DNA of 64,000 nucleotides from an uncultured Planctomycetaceae bacterium. Its GTDB lineage: Bacteria > Planctomycetota > Planctomycetia > Planctomycetales > Planctomycetaceae. Location of the stretch: the NCBI GenBank assembly GCA_942492455.1, contig CALOFE010000007.1, positions 406,958-470,957 on the forward strand. Direction: 5' to 3'. The translations under genes and the position numbers were made by a program. This document shows positions 29,393-41,700 of the stretch, in pieces (the first letter of the stretch is position 1; each line of letters opens with the position of its first letter). Below the pieces are notes generated by a model, which worked only from the letters and a program-made list of their open reading frames with translations, searched no databases and was not told the origin of the DNA.

Positions 29393-32300
29393 ATGATGCG
29401 GACTTGTGTGATCACGTTGGGCTTGCTGTGCTCGTTCGTGGTTCAGGCTCAGGCGGCGGAGCCGCGCTCGGTGGATTTCAATCGCGACGTGCGGCCGATT
29501 CTGTCGGAGACCTGTTTTCGTTGCCACGGACCCGATTCGGCTGCGCGTGAGGCGGATTTGCGGTTGGACAATGCCGATGATGCCTTTGCGGATCGCGGCG
29601 ATTTCTTTGCCATCGTGCCGGGTGAGCCGGAGAAGAGCGAAGCGTATCGGCGTTTGGTGGCGGACGACGAATCGCTCAAAATGCCGCCTCCCGATTCGAA
29701 GTTGGCGCTCACCCCAGAGCAGGTGGAGACGCTGCGGCTGTGGATCGCTCAAGGGGCAAAGTACGAAAAGCATTGGTCCTTCATCACCCCCACCCGCCCT
29801 GCTCTGCCGACGGTCCAACAGACAAATTGGCCGCGCAACGCGATTGACTATTTTGTTTTGGCTCAATTGGAGGAACGGGGAATCGCGCCAGCGCCGCGCG
29901 CCGCTCGGGAAACGTTGATTCGCCGGTTGAGTTTGGATCTCACCGGCTTGCCGCCGACCCTGGAGGAACTCGACGCATATTTGGCGGATGAGTCGCCCGA
30001 GGCCTATGAAAAAGTTGTCGACCGACTGTTGGCATCACCGGCCTATGGGGAGCGGATGGCGAAGCTGTGGCTCGACGGGGCGCGGTATGCGGATACCAAT
30101 GGATATCAAAACGATGCCGAGCGGTTCATGTGGCGCTGGCGCGATTGGGTGATCAACGCCTACAACGCGAACATGCCATTTGACCAATTTACGATCGAAC
30201 AACTTGCGGGCGATTTATTACCCAACGCGACGCTAGAACAGCGAATCGCGACCGGTTTTAACCGGAACCACACGACGAGCGATGAAGGGGGAATTATTCC
30301 CGAAGAGTATCGCGTCGACTACGTCGCCAATCGGCTAGAGACGACGTCGACGGTCTGGCTGGGATTAACGATGGGCTGTGCGCGTTGCCATACGCACAAA
30401 TATGATCCGATCACGCAAACGGAGTATTATCAGCTATTCGCGTTTTTCAATAACATTCCTGAAAAGGGCAAGGATGGCGACAAGGGGAATTCGGTGCCAT
30501 TCATCAAGGCGCCTACGCCCCAGCAATTGGCTGAGCAGGACCGACTGAAAACGGCGATTGCGGACACCGAGAAAACGATCGCCGAGTTGGTTAACGGATC
30601 GGCGAAACAACGGCTGGCTTGGGAAACGGCGACACGTCAACGTTGGTCCACGAAAACGGCGAAGCCTGCGGAAGCGCCTGTAGATGGTATGACCCGATTT
30701 GCGTTTGATGGTCCTGATTCCCGCGTCAAAGGGGATGTGAGTCTTGTCCCAGCCCATGTGACACCGGGGTTGTTGCTGGCCGCAGATGCACCGGTCACTC
30801 TGGGTGATGTGGGAGCGTTTGATACAGCGACTCCGTTTACGATCAGTTTGTGGCTACGTCCGTCGGAAACAGGGCATGGGACGTTGATTGCCCGCCGGGA
30901 CGACAAACGCGGTTACGAGATCGGCCTGAATGACAAACGTGCCGTCACCGTGCGGCTGTTCCACGATGGTACTGAAAATGCAATCGACGTTTCTGCATCA
31001 GGTGAGTTGCCAGTGGGACGATGGTCCCATTTGGCAGTCACGTATGATGGTTCAGGCAAAGCAGGCGGCGTGCAGGTTTATCGAGATGGCCATGCTGAGA
31101 AGTTGGACATTCATCAAGACACGCTTAACGGCACGATTGCTGCAACTGCGCCTCTGGTGTTGGGCACGGCGAAGACGGACGGTCCACGGTTTCGAGGTGT
31201 CGTCGATGATCTGCGAATCTTTGCGACCAATCAAACCGCCGAGCAAATCCAAGAACACTCTGTGGGACGCGGCGCCGATTGGGTGGTTGCACCTATTGAG
31301 TCGGTGAATTCGAACGGCGGTGCGATGTTTGAAATACGCGATGATGGTTCTGTGTTCGTGACCGGCGCAAGCCCGCCTCAAGATGATTATCTCGTGGAGA
31401 TCCTTACCAAGCGAACTGATCTGTCGGCCATTCGCTTGGAGGTGTTGAAGGACGAACAACTTCCTAAACATGGCCCGGGACGCCGCGAAGATGGGGTGTT
31501 TCATCTGAGCGAAGTGGAAGCCGAAGCGGTTTCGGTTGTCGATCCTCACAACACGCAAACGATTCACTTCACCGCCGCCTATGCCAATGAATCGCGGGAC
31601 GGGTTTGATGTCGGGAATCTGATTGATGGAAATGTTGAGGGCAAGAACAGTTGGTCGGTTGAGGCCGATTCAAAGAGAGCGGCACGTAATGCGATTTTGG
31701 TGGCGGCGGAACCATTTGGTTTCGATGGCGGTACGATTCTGAAAATCAAACTTCGACATCAAAGCGATATTCCGTCGGCGACGTTGGGGCGATTTCGGTT
31801 TTCGCTCAATGCCCAACCGACCGCCGTGTCGGGTGTTGTGGAGCAAATTGCCGTCGATCTAGCGACTCCGTCGGAGCAGCGGACCGAGTCACAACAGCAG
31901 CGATTGGAGCGGCATTATCATCCGCGAACAGGTCGATGGGGGCAAGCAGGCACTCGCACAGTTGGCGGCATTACAGCAGGAGCAAACCGAGGTCGAAGCG
32001 GCGATTCCGACGACAATGGTGATGCAGGAGATGGATCAACCACGGACCGCACATGTGTTGATTCGGGGCCAGTACGACCAACATGGGGACGAAGTCAAAG
32101 CGGGCGTTCCGGCGAGTCTGAATCCATTTCCGACCGATGAGCCGCGCAATCGCTTGGGACTGGCACGCTGGTTAACCTCCGGTGAGCATCCGCTCACTGC
32201 GCGGGTCACCGTTAATCGATACTGGAAGATGTACTTCGGTACGGGATTGGTCAAAACCGATGAAGACTTCGGTGCCCAAGGGGAATGGCCAGTTCATATT

Positions 32301-33098
32301 GATCTGCTGGATTGGCTTGCCACCGAGTTTGTGCAAAATGGCTGGGACATTAAGGCATTACAAAAAACGATTGTAATGTCGGCCGCTTATCAACAGGATG
32401 CGCGGGTGGGGGCCGAGTTACTGAAAATTGACCCACATAACCGTTTGATCGGTCGTGGACCGCGGTTTCGTATGTCGGCGGAGATGATTCGCGATAACGC
32501 ATTGGCTGTGAGCGGGTTGCTGGTCAAGCAAATTGGCGGGCCGAGCGTGAAGCCGTATCAGCCGCCGGGACTGTGGAAAGAGGTCTCGTCCGGTGTGGTG
32601 CGTGCGAACCTGTTTGAACAGGATCACGGCGATAATTTGTATCGCCGCAGTTTGTATACATTTTGGAAACGAGCAGCGCCGCCCCCCGCTTTACAGACGT
32701 TCGATGCGCCGACGCGGGAATATTGCGTCACCAATCGCTCACGTACGAACACGCCGCTGCAAGCATTGATCTTGATGAACGATGTGACGTACGTCGAAGC
32801 GGCACGCGTGTTTGCCCAACGGTTGATGCACGAGGGGCCGCAGGATTCCGCCGGCCGCATTACGCGCGCCTTTCGGTTAGCAGTCGGACGCAAACCGTCA
32901 CGGCAAGAGATCGTGGTGCTGCTGAAGTTGCTGAAATCACGGATGTCGTACTATCGGACGCATGGGGATGCGGCGACTGAGTTATTGAGTGTCGGCGAAG
33001 CCCCCCTGGACGAAACCGTCTCACCGGCAGAGTTGGCGGCTTGGACAAATATTGCTTCGCTGATCCTCTGTTTAGATGAATCGATTACTAAAGGTTAA
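29393..33098 (+). pseudogene. planctomycete cytochrome c/DUF1549/LamG/DUF1553 protein split by a +1 frameshift near 31916-31920 (pseudogene or sequencing error)
   Basis: CFRCH and CARCH heme motifs, DUF1549 and LamG-like regions in ORF 29372-32140; DUF1553 (RLGLARWL, NPL/HPLTARV, YRRSLY, TNTPLQAL) in ORF 31962-33098; the frames join at cat-tat-c/atc-cgc. Confidence 0.85.
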
Positions 33099-33102
33099 CG
33101 TG

Positions 33103-34578
33103 ATGCACCCGTTATTGGATAACGCGATGGCGACGACGCGGCGGCATTTTTTCAGCCGCGCCGCAACGGGCGTCGGTATGGGGACTGCAGCGCTCGCGTC
33201 GTTGTTGAATCAACCGCTCTCGACCGCTGCGGAGTCTGCGTCTGCCGAACCGGCCGCTGGTGGATTGCCGGGCATGCCGCATTTTGCTCCGCGGGCCAAG
33301 CGAGTGATCTATTTGTGCCAGTCGGGCGGACCGTCGCAGTTTGAGACATTCGATTACAAACCAGAGTTGGCCAAACTGTTTGACCAAGATGTCCCGAAGT
33401 CGGTCTTCGGTTCACAGCGACTGACCGGGATGACCTCGGGACAGGCACGCTTTGCCGTGACGCCCAGTTATTACAAATTCAAACAACATGGCGAATCAGG
33501 GACCTGGGTCAGTGAATTGTTGCCGCATCTGGCGGAGATCATTGATGAATTGTGCTTAATCAAATCGGTGCACACCGAGGCGATCAACCACGATCCGGCG
33601 ATCACGTTTTTTCAAACGGGTTCACAACAACCGGGACGGCCTAGTTTCGGGTCGTGGGTCAATTACGGTTTGGGGAGTGAAAACCAAAATCTGCCGGCGT
33701 TCGTCGTGATGAATTCGATGGGGACGGGGCGCCCGGTGGGGCAACCGCTGTATGCGCGTTTGTGGGGCAGTGGTTTTCTGCCGTCGAGTTACCAGGGCGT
33801 GCAGTTTCGTTCGGTGGGCGATCCGGTGATGTACCTGTCGAATCCGCCCGGATTGGATGAAGCGGGCCGTCGCGAGTTGCTGGATGGGTTATCACAAATC
33901 AATCAACTGCAACAGTCGCAATTCGGCGACCCGGAGATCGCTACGCGGATCGCATCGTTTGAAATGGCGTATCGCATGCAGACCTCCGTTCCGGAATTGA
34001 TCGATGTTTCGGGCGAGACAAAACAGACACTCGAGATGTACGGCGACGACGTTGCCAAACCGGGGACCTATGCGCGGAATTGCCTGTTGGCGCGGCGATT
34101 GGCCGAACGGGGCGTGCGGTTCATTCAACTGTATCATCGCGGCTGGGACCAACATGGGGATCTCGTTCCGCAAATTAGTCGGCAATGCCACGACGTCGAC
34201 CAACCGACGGCTGCACTGATCAGAGACCTCAAGCAGCGGGGAATGTTGGAAGACACGTTGATCATTTGGGGCGGCGAATTCGGCCGCACGGTCTATAGCC
34301 AGGGAACGCTCACCAAAGACAACTATGGCCGCGACCACCATCCGCGTTGCTTTACGATGTTTCTCGCCGGCGGTGGCAGCAAGGGGGGATATAGTCACGG
34401 GGCGACTGATGATTTCAGCTACAACATCACCGAAGCCCCGCTCCATGTGCATGACCTGAATGCGACGATCCTGCACTTGCTGGGAATCGACCACGAGCGG
34501 CTGACGTATCGATTCCAGGGACGCGACTTCCGTTTGACCGACGTTCATGGGGCTGTTGTACGTGAGCTTCTTGGATGA
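33103..34578 (+). CDS. DUF1501 family protein with Tat-like signal
   Basis: [30 protein letters not shown] and GRDHHP. Confidence 0.92.
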   Translation: MHPLLDNAMATTRRHFFSRAATGVGMGTAALASLLNQPLSTAAESASAEPAAGGLPGMPHFAPRAKRVIYLCQSGGPSQFETFDYKPELAKLFDQDVPKSVFGSQRLTGMTSGQARFAVTPSYYKFKQHGESGTWVSELLPHLAEIIDELCLIKSVHTEAINHDPAITFFQTGSQQPGRPSFGSWVNYGLGSENQNLPAFVVMNSMGTGRPVGQPLYARLWGSGFLPSSYQGVQFRSVGDPVMYLSNPPGLDEAGRRELLDGLSQINQLQQSQFGDPEIATRIASFEMAYRMQTSVPELIDVSGETKQTLEMYGDDVAKPGTYARNCLLARRLAERGVRFIQLYHRGWDQHGDLVPQISRQCHDVDQPTAALIRDLKQRGMLEDTLIIWGGEFGRTVYSQGTLTKDNYGRDHHPRCFTMFLAGGGSKGGYSHGATDDFSYNITEAPLHVHDLNATILHLLGIDHERLTYRFQGRDFRLTDVHGAVVRELLG

Positions 34579-34583
34579 CGCGG

Positions 34584-34724
34584 TGGGTTGGGTTTTCCAC
34601 TGTTGTCCGATTGGCATACGGCACTGCTGGACGAGCCAGCAGTGGCACCCGGCGTTGGGTTAAGTGTTCCACCGTTGTTCGGGGTTGCCGCACGGCACTG
34701 GCGGACAAGCCGCCAGTGGCACCC
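34584..34724. repeat. tandem duplication of a ~74-bp unit carrying a REP-like palindrome
   Basis: cactgctggacgagccagcagtggcaccc (34622-50) and cactggcggacaagccgccagtggcaccc (34696-724) with similar spacers. Confidence 0.8.
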
Positions 34725-34765
34725 GACTGAGGAAATCGCTACGTTTTATGCCGCAGATGACATCC

Positions 34766-35803
34766 TCACACGGTGGCTTCCATCGCTTGTGCGAACGCTG
34801 CCATTTCTAACGGGCCGCCGACGATGAATGGGGTTCGTTGGTGAATTTCCTCCGGTTGAATATCCATGACCCGCTGCATGCCATCGGTCGCGATGCCGCC
34901 GGCTTGTTCGGCGATAAAAGCAATGGGGTTGGCTTCGTACAGCAAACGGAGTTTGCCTTCGGGGTTTTTCGCGGTGGGGGGATAGAGAAAAATGCCCCCT
35001 TTGAGCAGCGTGCGGTGGAAATCGGCGACAAGAGAACCGATATATCGCAGGGCATAACTGTGGCCGTGTACTCCGCTGCGGAGGTCGGTGATAAAGTCGC
35101 GATACGGTTGCGGGAAGGATTCCCAATAACCGTCGTTGGAGGAGTAGTACGTCCCGGAGGTCGGCATGCGAATGTTCTCGTGGCTGAGGACATAGGCGCC
35201 CACTGAGGGGTCGAGCGTGAAGCCGTGCACGCCGTGGCCGGTGGTGTAAACCAAAATTGTCGACGATCCGTAGACGACATATCCCGCAGCAATCTGTTTA
35301 ACGCCCGGCTGCAGCACCGCTTCTCGGGGATCGGCATCTTTGGGGAGGTCTTTGGGCATGCTCAAAATCGAAAAGATCGTTCCCACGCTGACGTTGACGT
35401 CGATGTTGGAGGAACCATCCAGCGGATCGAAGACGACGACATATTTTCCTTCGCCCGAGCGGCCGTCGAACATGATCGCTTCTTCGTTTTCTTCCGAGGC
35501 GATCACGGCCACGTTTTCACGGACGCCCAGACAGTGAATCAGTGCTTGGTCAGCATAGACGTCTAGGATTTGTTGGGCTTCTCCTTGGACGTTGATGGCA
35601 CCCGCTGCCCCGGCGACTTCTAGCAAACCAGCCCGACGCACGCGCGATTCGGTCATTTTCGTCGCCAGTGTAATTCCCGATAGCAGCCAGGAAAAACTGC
35701 CGGAGGCGGTGGGCGAGTATTTGCGCTGCTCAGCCAAAATGTGCTGTTGCACCGTTGTGATCGACGGTTTGGAACTCTCCATTGCTCGACTGGTATAGGC
35801 CAT
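34766..35803 (-). CDS. fbp: class 1 fructose-1,6-bisphosphatase
   Basis: NVQGE, SEE, FDPLDGSSNID, RYIGSLVADFHR and GKLRLLYEANP. Confidence 0.96.
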   Translation of the reverse strand: MAYTSRAMESSKPSITTVQQHILAEQRKYSPTASGSFSWLLSGITLATKMTESRVRRAGLLEVAGAAGAINVQGEAQQILDVYADQALIHCLGVRENVAVIASEENEEAIMFDGRSGEGKYVVVFDPLDGSSNIDVNVSVGTIFSILSMPKDLPKDADPREAVLQPGVKQIAAGYVVYGSSTILVYTTGHGVHGFTLDPSVGAYVLSHENIRMPTSGTYYSSNDGYWESFPQPYRDFITDLRSGVHGHSYALRYIGSLVADFHRTLLKGGIFLYPPTAKNPEGKLRLLYEANPIAFIAEQAGGIATDGMQRVMDIQPEEIHQRTPFIVGGPLEMAAFAQAMEATV

Positions 35804-36144
35804 TGTGTTTCCCGGTCCGTTTTTCCAAAATTTGATGTCAAGTTGGATTTCAACCATAAGACTGTCGCGGCGCGTCTCGAAACAGAATAGCGATTTGGAT
35901 CAGGGAGCAATACCCAAAGAATCAGCATTTCATTAGACAATTTCCTGCGTTGCTCCCCGATGAGCCACGCGCCATTTCTGCTGGCACTGGAATTATTAAC
36001 TCAGATCGACATGGAATTTGATTTAGCCATATTGGAAATAACATCAAACTGCATGTGACACCTGCACATAACAACCGTTAGGATCTAGCCGTTGGCCTTA
36101 TCCGTGGGGCTGGTTTGACGCCGCTCCTGAGTGGAGTCACTGCT

Positions 36145-36648
36145 ATGGCGGTCGTGGTGAACATGCCGAGAGAACGATCCAACTTCACAATTCGCGACGC
36201 CAACGATCGAGATGCGGCGGATGTCGCGGAAGTCGTTCATGCCGCATTTCAGCCACTGCGTTCCATTTACCAACCGACGCGGCAAACGATCGAGCGTCAG
36301 GCCATTCATCGCAATCAAGGGAACCGGCTCATTGGTGAGGCCGATGGACGCATGGCGGGGACGGTTCAATACGATGTTCATCCCGACCGACTGCACGCCA
36401 TGGGACTCGCCGTTCATCCTGATTATCAACGGATGGGGCTTGCGCGACTTTTGTTGCAGTCGATCGAGGAACGAGCGCGATTGACGGGTCGCCCACATGT
36501 TGTCTTGAATACGATCCAGGAAACGGGCAACGTTCCGATTTTTGAAAAACTCGGATTTCAGATCATAAGCCGAGTTGTTGCAACATGGTGTGTCAGTTCC
36601 CTGTATTCCACAGTGCATGACGTTACCATGCAGCGTGTTGTGTCGTGA
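36145..36648 (+). CDS. GNAT family N-acetyltransferase
   Basis: LAVHPDYQRMGLARLLL motif A and N..IFEKLGF; GGAG RBS. Confidence 0.88.
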   Translation: MAVVVNMPRERSNFTIRDANDRDAADVAEVVHAAFQPLRSIYQPTRQTIERQAIHRNQGNRLIGEADGRMAGTVQYDVHPDRLHAMGLAVHPDYQRMGLARLLLQSIEERARLTGRPHVVLNTIQETGNVPIFEKLGFQIISRVVATWCVSSLYSTVHDVTMQRVVS

Positions 36649-36824
36649 CGCGACCGATATCGCACGGATGATTTCCGCACTTCTTGATAACGTCGAACGC
36701 GGTAAATCTCGGCCGCGAATTGACACCCGCGCACAGACGGGATTTAATCACAATGTAGCGGTTTCCAAGTTGATCGCTCTATTTGATTTTTTCGCATTGC
36801 ACATTCCCAAACTGGAAAATCCAG

Positions 36825-38747
36825 ATGAAACCGTTGATCCTGTTGTGTGTTACGTCCGGCCTATTATTGGGCGGGGCTACAAACATTTTTGCTGAACCGG
36901 CAAAGTCCGGCGATCCCATCAAACTCTCTGCTGAGTTACGCCAACGCTGCGTAACGATCCTTCGCGACGGTTTTGCGGCGGACGAGTTTTGGCCGTCGAT
37001 GCATGCCGCTGAAGCGTTGACGGTATCCGGTCACGGCGACGAGGTTCGTGCGGGATTGTTGAAAAAATCACCCAAGGTAACCGACGACCAGCAGCGGTGT
37101 GGCATTGCCCGCGAAATGGTACGTGTCGGTGACCTGGGTTATGCCGAGACGATGCTGACAATCCTGTCGCAATCAGATGATTACGCACACACGCATGCTG
37201 CGGAAAGTCTTTATAAGGTTTACGAAATCGGCGACGGATCGCAGCTGCGGGCCGCAATGGCGAATGGGGACAATCCGACTTGCCAATTGATGGCGGCAGC
37301 GGCACTGGCTCGGTCGGGTAGTCCGGAAGCGTTTGAGTTTATCCGGAAACAACTGGTCGACGGCGATACCGATGGACGGCGCATCGCCGCTTGGATCTTG
37401 GCCCGCATCGGCAATGCCGACGATATTCCCGCACTGCAAGCGAATTTGAAACGGGAAACCGATCCCCTGAAAAAGAGCTATTACGTCAATGCCTTGGCCG
37501 CTCTGGGTGATAGCGCTGGGCGGGAACAATTGGCGAAAAACCTCAGTGATGAATCCCCGGCGATTCGCACCTATGCCGCTGTGTTTGCCGGCGATGCCCG
37601 AATGACAAACGTGGCTCCGCAATTGGAGAAACTGTTGGATGATCCCGAATTGGATGTGCGGATTCGTGCGGCGCAGTCATTGTTGACGTTGGCACAACCG
37701 GCGGTCGAATCGGGGAACTTTGCGCGCGATGTGTATCCGGCGACGCCCGAAAACCCGCGGTACAGCGAAGGTTCGATTGCCGTGTTGGGTGACGGGACGT
37801 TGCTGTATGCAACGACGGAATTCATCGACAGCGACTCCGATTTTGCCAAGGCGCGAATTATTGCTAAAACGTCTACGGATGGCGGACGGACGTGGAGCAA
37901 ATCCCGGGTCCTGCAGGAAAACATCGGCGGCAAGAATGTGATGTCGGTCACACTGCGGCGTTTGCCGAAAGACAAGTCCGGCAAAGCGCCGTTGGGGATG
38001 TTTTTTCTGATCAAGAATGACTTCAACGACCTACGCGCCTATTTGCGGATTTCGCATGACGATGGCGAAACGTTTGGCGAACGGATTCTGGTTACCGACG
38101 GTCCGGGTTATCACGTGGTGAACAATGATCGTATTACGGTGTTGAAGAACGGACGGCTGTTGTGTCCGGTGGCTTGGACCGAAGATGTGAAGACGGTCAA
38201 TCACTTCACCTGTTACTGTGCAATTTCTGACGATGGGGGCCTGTCGTGGCATCGCGGTAAAGGCGAAGTCGATCAACCCAAGCGTGGAGCGATGGAGCCG
38301 GAGGTGTTGGAACTGAGCGACGGGCGGGTACTGATGATTGTGCGGACACAATTGGGCTACATCGCCGCCAGTGAATCGACCGACGGGGGAGAAACTTGGA
38401 GCGAAGCGAAATCATGGGGTGTCAAAGGACCGGAAGCCCCCGCGACACTTCGCCGGATTCCCGCGACGGGCGATTTGCTGTTGATTTGGAATCATACGTT
38501 CGACGAGGGAGCCGGGCATGGTGGAAAACGGACCCCGTTGACTGCGGCCGTCTCGACCGATGAGGGGAAGACTTGGAGTTACGAACGAAATCTTGAGACG
38601 CGCGACGACCAGACCTATGCCTACACGAGCATTGAGTTTGACCGTGGCCGGGCGTTGTTGAGCTATTACGTCGGCGACGATAAGACGGGACGCATTTTCA
38701 GCCGGTTTCGTTCGGTGCCGATCAGTTGGTTTTATCAACAGCCGTGA
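36825..38747 (+). CDS. secreted HEAT-repeat + BNR/Asp-box sialidase-family protein
   Basis: Signal peptide, N-terminal HEAT-like helical repeats, five SxDxGxT(W/F)-type Asp-boxes, EP, R and terminal AY. Confidence 0.85.
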   Translation: MKPLILLCVTSGLLLGGATNIFAEPAKSGDPIKLSAELRQRCVTILRDGFAADEFWPSMHAAEALTVSGHGDEVRAGLLKKSPKVTDDQQRCGIAREMVRVGDLGYAETMLTILSQSDDYAHTHAAESLYKVYEIGDGSQLRAAMANGDNPTCQLMAAAALARSGSPEAFEFIRKQLVDGDTDGRRIAAWILARIGNADDIPALQANLKRETDPLKKSYYVNALAALGDSAGREQLAKNLSDESPAIRTYAAVFAGDARMTNVAPQLEKLLDDPELDVRIRAAQSLLTLAQPAVESGNFARDVYPATPENPRYSEGSIAVLGDGTLLYATTEFIDSDSDFAKARIIAKTSTDGGRTWSKSRVLQENIGGKNVMSVTLRRLPKDKSGKAPLGMFFLIKNDFNDLRAYLRISHDDGETFGERILVTDGPGYHVVNNDRITVLKNGRLLCPVAWTEDVKTVNHFTCYCAISDDGGLSWHRGKGEVDQPKRGAMEPEVLELSDGRVLMIVRTQLGYIAASESTDGGETWSEAKSWGVKGPEAPATLRRIPATGDLLLIWNHTFDEGAGHGGKRTPLTAAVSTDEGKTWSYERNLETRDDQTYAYTSIEFDRGRALLSYYVGDDKTGRIFSRFRSVPISWFYQQP

Positions 38748-38772
38748 ACTCCGTTGAGGCGCTTGACGCGGA

Positions 38773-41700
38773 TTGTCCGGGAGTCGATCATGGGGAGAGT
38801 ACGTTCACAATGGTGATGAGAATCGCCCGTTCGGAAATCCACTCCCCATGAATTGTCCCTCGCTGACAATGTTCCCTCGAAATCAACGCTGCGCCCTAAT
38901 GGCGTTGGCTGTGGTCTTTTCCTGGATGGGAACGTGCCGGGGTGATGATGCGGCCGGCCTGGAGTTGTTTGAGAAAAAAATTCGGCCGGTGCTGATCCAG
39001 TCCTGTTACGAATGCCATTCCAGCCAGGAGGACAAACCCAAAGGGGGCCTGCGGCTGGATAGTCGTGAGGCGGCTCGCACGGGAGGGGATAGCGGCGCTG
39101 CGATTGTCCCGGGCGAGCCGGATGAAAGTTTGCTGATCGAGGCGATGCGGCACGAGTCGTTCGAGATGCCCCCGCAGGCCAAATTGTCCGACGAGACGAT
39201 CGCCGATTTTGTGAAATGGATCGAAATCGGGGCACCCGACCCCCGCGATCGCCCCGATAGCAGCACGGTCGACAATGCGTGGCCGGTACTACTCAATGCG
39301 CGGCGCGATTGGTGGTCGCTGCAACCGGTCGTCCGTCCTGCCGTGCCGGAGATCGAGACGAACCCGCCGAGCGGCACGATTGACCGTTTTATTTTGGCAA
39401 AGCTTGCGAATGCAGGAATTGCGCCGCCGAAACAAGCTGCGCCGCGAACGCTCATCAGGCGGTTGAGTCTGGTACTCACAGGCTTGCCGCCAACTCCTAA
39501 AGAAGTCGACCGGTTTTTGCGGGACAGCGAAGTGAATCCGGAAGCGGCGTATGAGTCGCTCGTCGATCGCTTGTTGAATTCGCCGCACTTTGGCGAACGT
39601 TGGGCGCGGCATTGGATGGACGTGGTTCGTTTTACCGAAACGCACGGCAACGAGTGGAACTACGAGGTGCATCACGCTTGGCGATACCGCGATTATTTGA
39701 TTCGCGCGTTCAATGCCGATGTGCCGTACGATCAATTCGTCCGCGAGCACATCGCAGGAGATTTATTGGAGCATCCTCGTTGGAATGACGAACAGCAGTT
39801 GAACGAATCGTTGATCGGCACGTCCTTTTACCGTTTCGGCGAAGTGAATCACGACGATTGCGTGACGTTGACGTCGATTGGTTATGACATTTTGGATAAC
39901 CAGATTGATACGCTCACGAAAGCATTTCAAGCAACGACTGTCGCCTGTGCGCGGTGTCATGACCATAAAATGGATGCGGTTTCCGCGGCGGATTATTATG
40001 CACTGTTAGGCATCCTCAAAAGTTCACGGCTAACCGCCCACACACTCGATGCCCCGGCGGTGAATGCTGAATTGATGGAGCAATTGAGTGCATTAAAATC
40101 GCAACTCCGCGAGGAATTAGCGCAGCATTGGCAGTCGCAGACCGGTGATATTGCCAAATATATGCTGGCGGCGCAGGCGCGGATTGCCAAGTCGTCGGAA
40201 GCGGATGTTTTGGCGACCGGTTTGAGTGCGACCCGATTAGAGGGTTGGGTCAAAGCCCTCTCTGTGGAGAAACCGGGAATTGACCATCCTGCGCATGCTT
40301 GGCAGGCGGCGAACGCTGCCGACGATATTCCTAACGCGTGGCGCGAATTGGCGGTGAGTTTTGAAAAGGATCGCCAAACGCATGAGACGTTCAATGCGGA
40401 GCAATTCACACGCCTTGCCGATTTTCGCGACGATGATCCGACCGAATGGAGCGCCACCGGCCAAGGTCTGCGTCAGGGGCATACGACGAGTGGCGAATTT
40501 ACCGTGGCGCATGACGGTGACAACGTCGTTCGGCAAATTCTTCCTGCCGGTCGCTTTACGCATGTCCTTTCGGAGAAACTCAACGGAACGCTCCGCTCGC
40601 CTGTGATTGGCGGCGGCAAGTCGCACATCAGTTTTCAGGTGTTGGGAGAGAAAACCAGCGCCGTGCGTTTGGTTTCCAACAACTGCCAGCTCAACTACGC
40701 CAACTACCGTGCGTTAACGTCGCCGCAGCCGACGTGGGTGACGTTTAAGGTGCCGGACAACGCCGAGATGTTGCGAACGTTCTCAGAACTGGTCACGAAA
40801 TTCGATAACCCTAAATTTCCGGATCAATTGGGAACGTTGGGGGGTGATAAGACCAACGACCGCATTCCCTGGTCCGAAGCGGCCACTGACCCGCGGTCGT
40901 ATTTTGGCATTCTACAAGTCGTGGCGCATGACAGTGGCGATCCGCCTAAACCAGACCTATCGCCATTGGCCCGGTTGTACGTCGAGGCCAAAACAATAGT
41001 TTCGACCGCTGAGATTGCCGACAAGTATTCCGCCGCGATTCAAACGGCGGTAGAGCACTGGTCGGCGGGGACTGCTGGCGACGATGATGTTTATTGGCTC
41101 TCCTGGTGTGTGGAAAACAATCTGTTGGACCATGCCGTGAACGCCTCGCCGCAGATTGAAAAATTGGTGGGCGCTTACCGCAAAATAGAAGAACAACTGG
41201 CGCGGCCGCGCTTGGCGGCAGGGATTGCCGACCTGGGTGTGGGGCAAGACCATCGCATATTGCTGCGGGGCAACTTTGCGACTTTGGGGGATGTGGTACC
41301 GCGTAGGTATTTGGAAGTGCTGTCAAACTCTGCAACGAATTCTCTACCCACGGGGAGTGGACGGCGGGAGCTTGCCGATCAGATTGCATCGTCGCACAAT
41401 CCGCTGACGGCGCGGGTGATGGTCAATCGTGTCTGGCATCACCTGTTTGGTGCGGGAATTGTGCGGAGCGTCGATGATTTTGGACACGTCGGCGATCTGC
41501 CGTCGCACCCGCAATTGCTGGATCATCTTGCCGCACGATTTGTGGAACCTGCTGGCAGCGACAGCGACGGCATGGGGTGGTCGCTGAAGTCGCTGGTTCG
41601 CGAAATCGCATTGTCGCGTACATTTCGTGCGACGGGCCGCAGTGAGTTAACGGCCATTGAAATCGACCCACAGAATCGCTTGTTGCATCACTATCCGGTG

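Noticed and set aside
31905-31925. Programmed ribosomal frameshift
   Set aside because: No slippery sequence, internal SD or evident stimulatory structure
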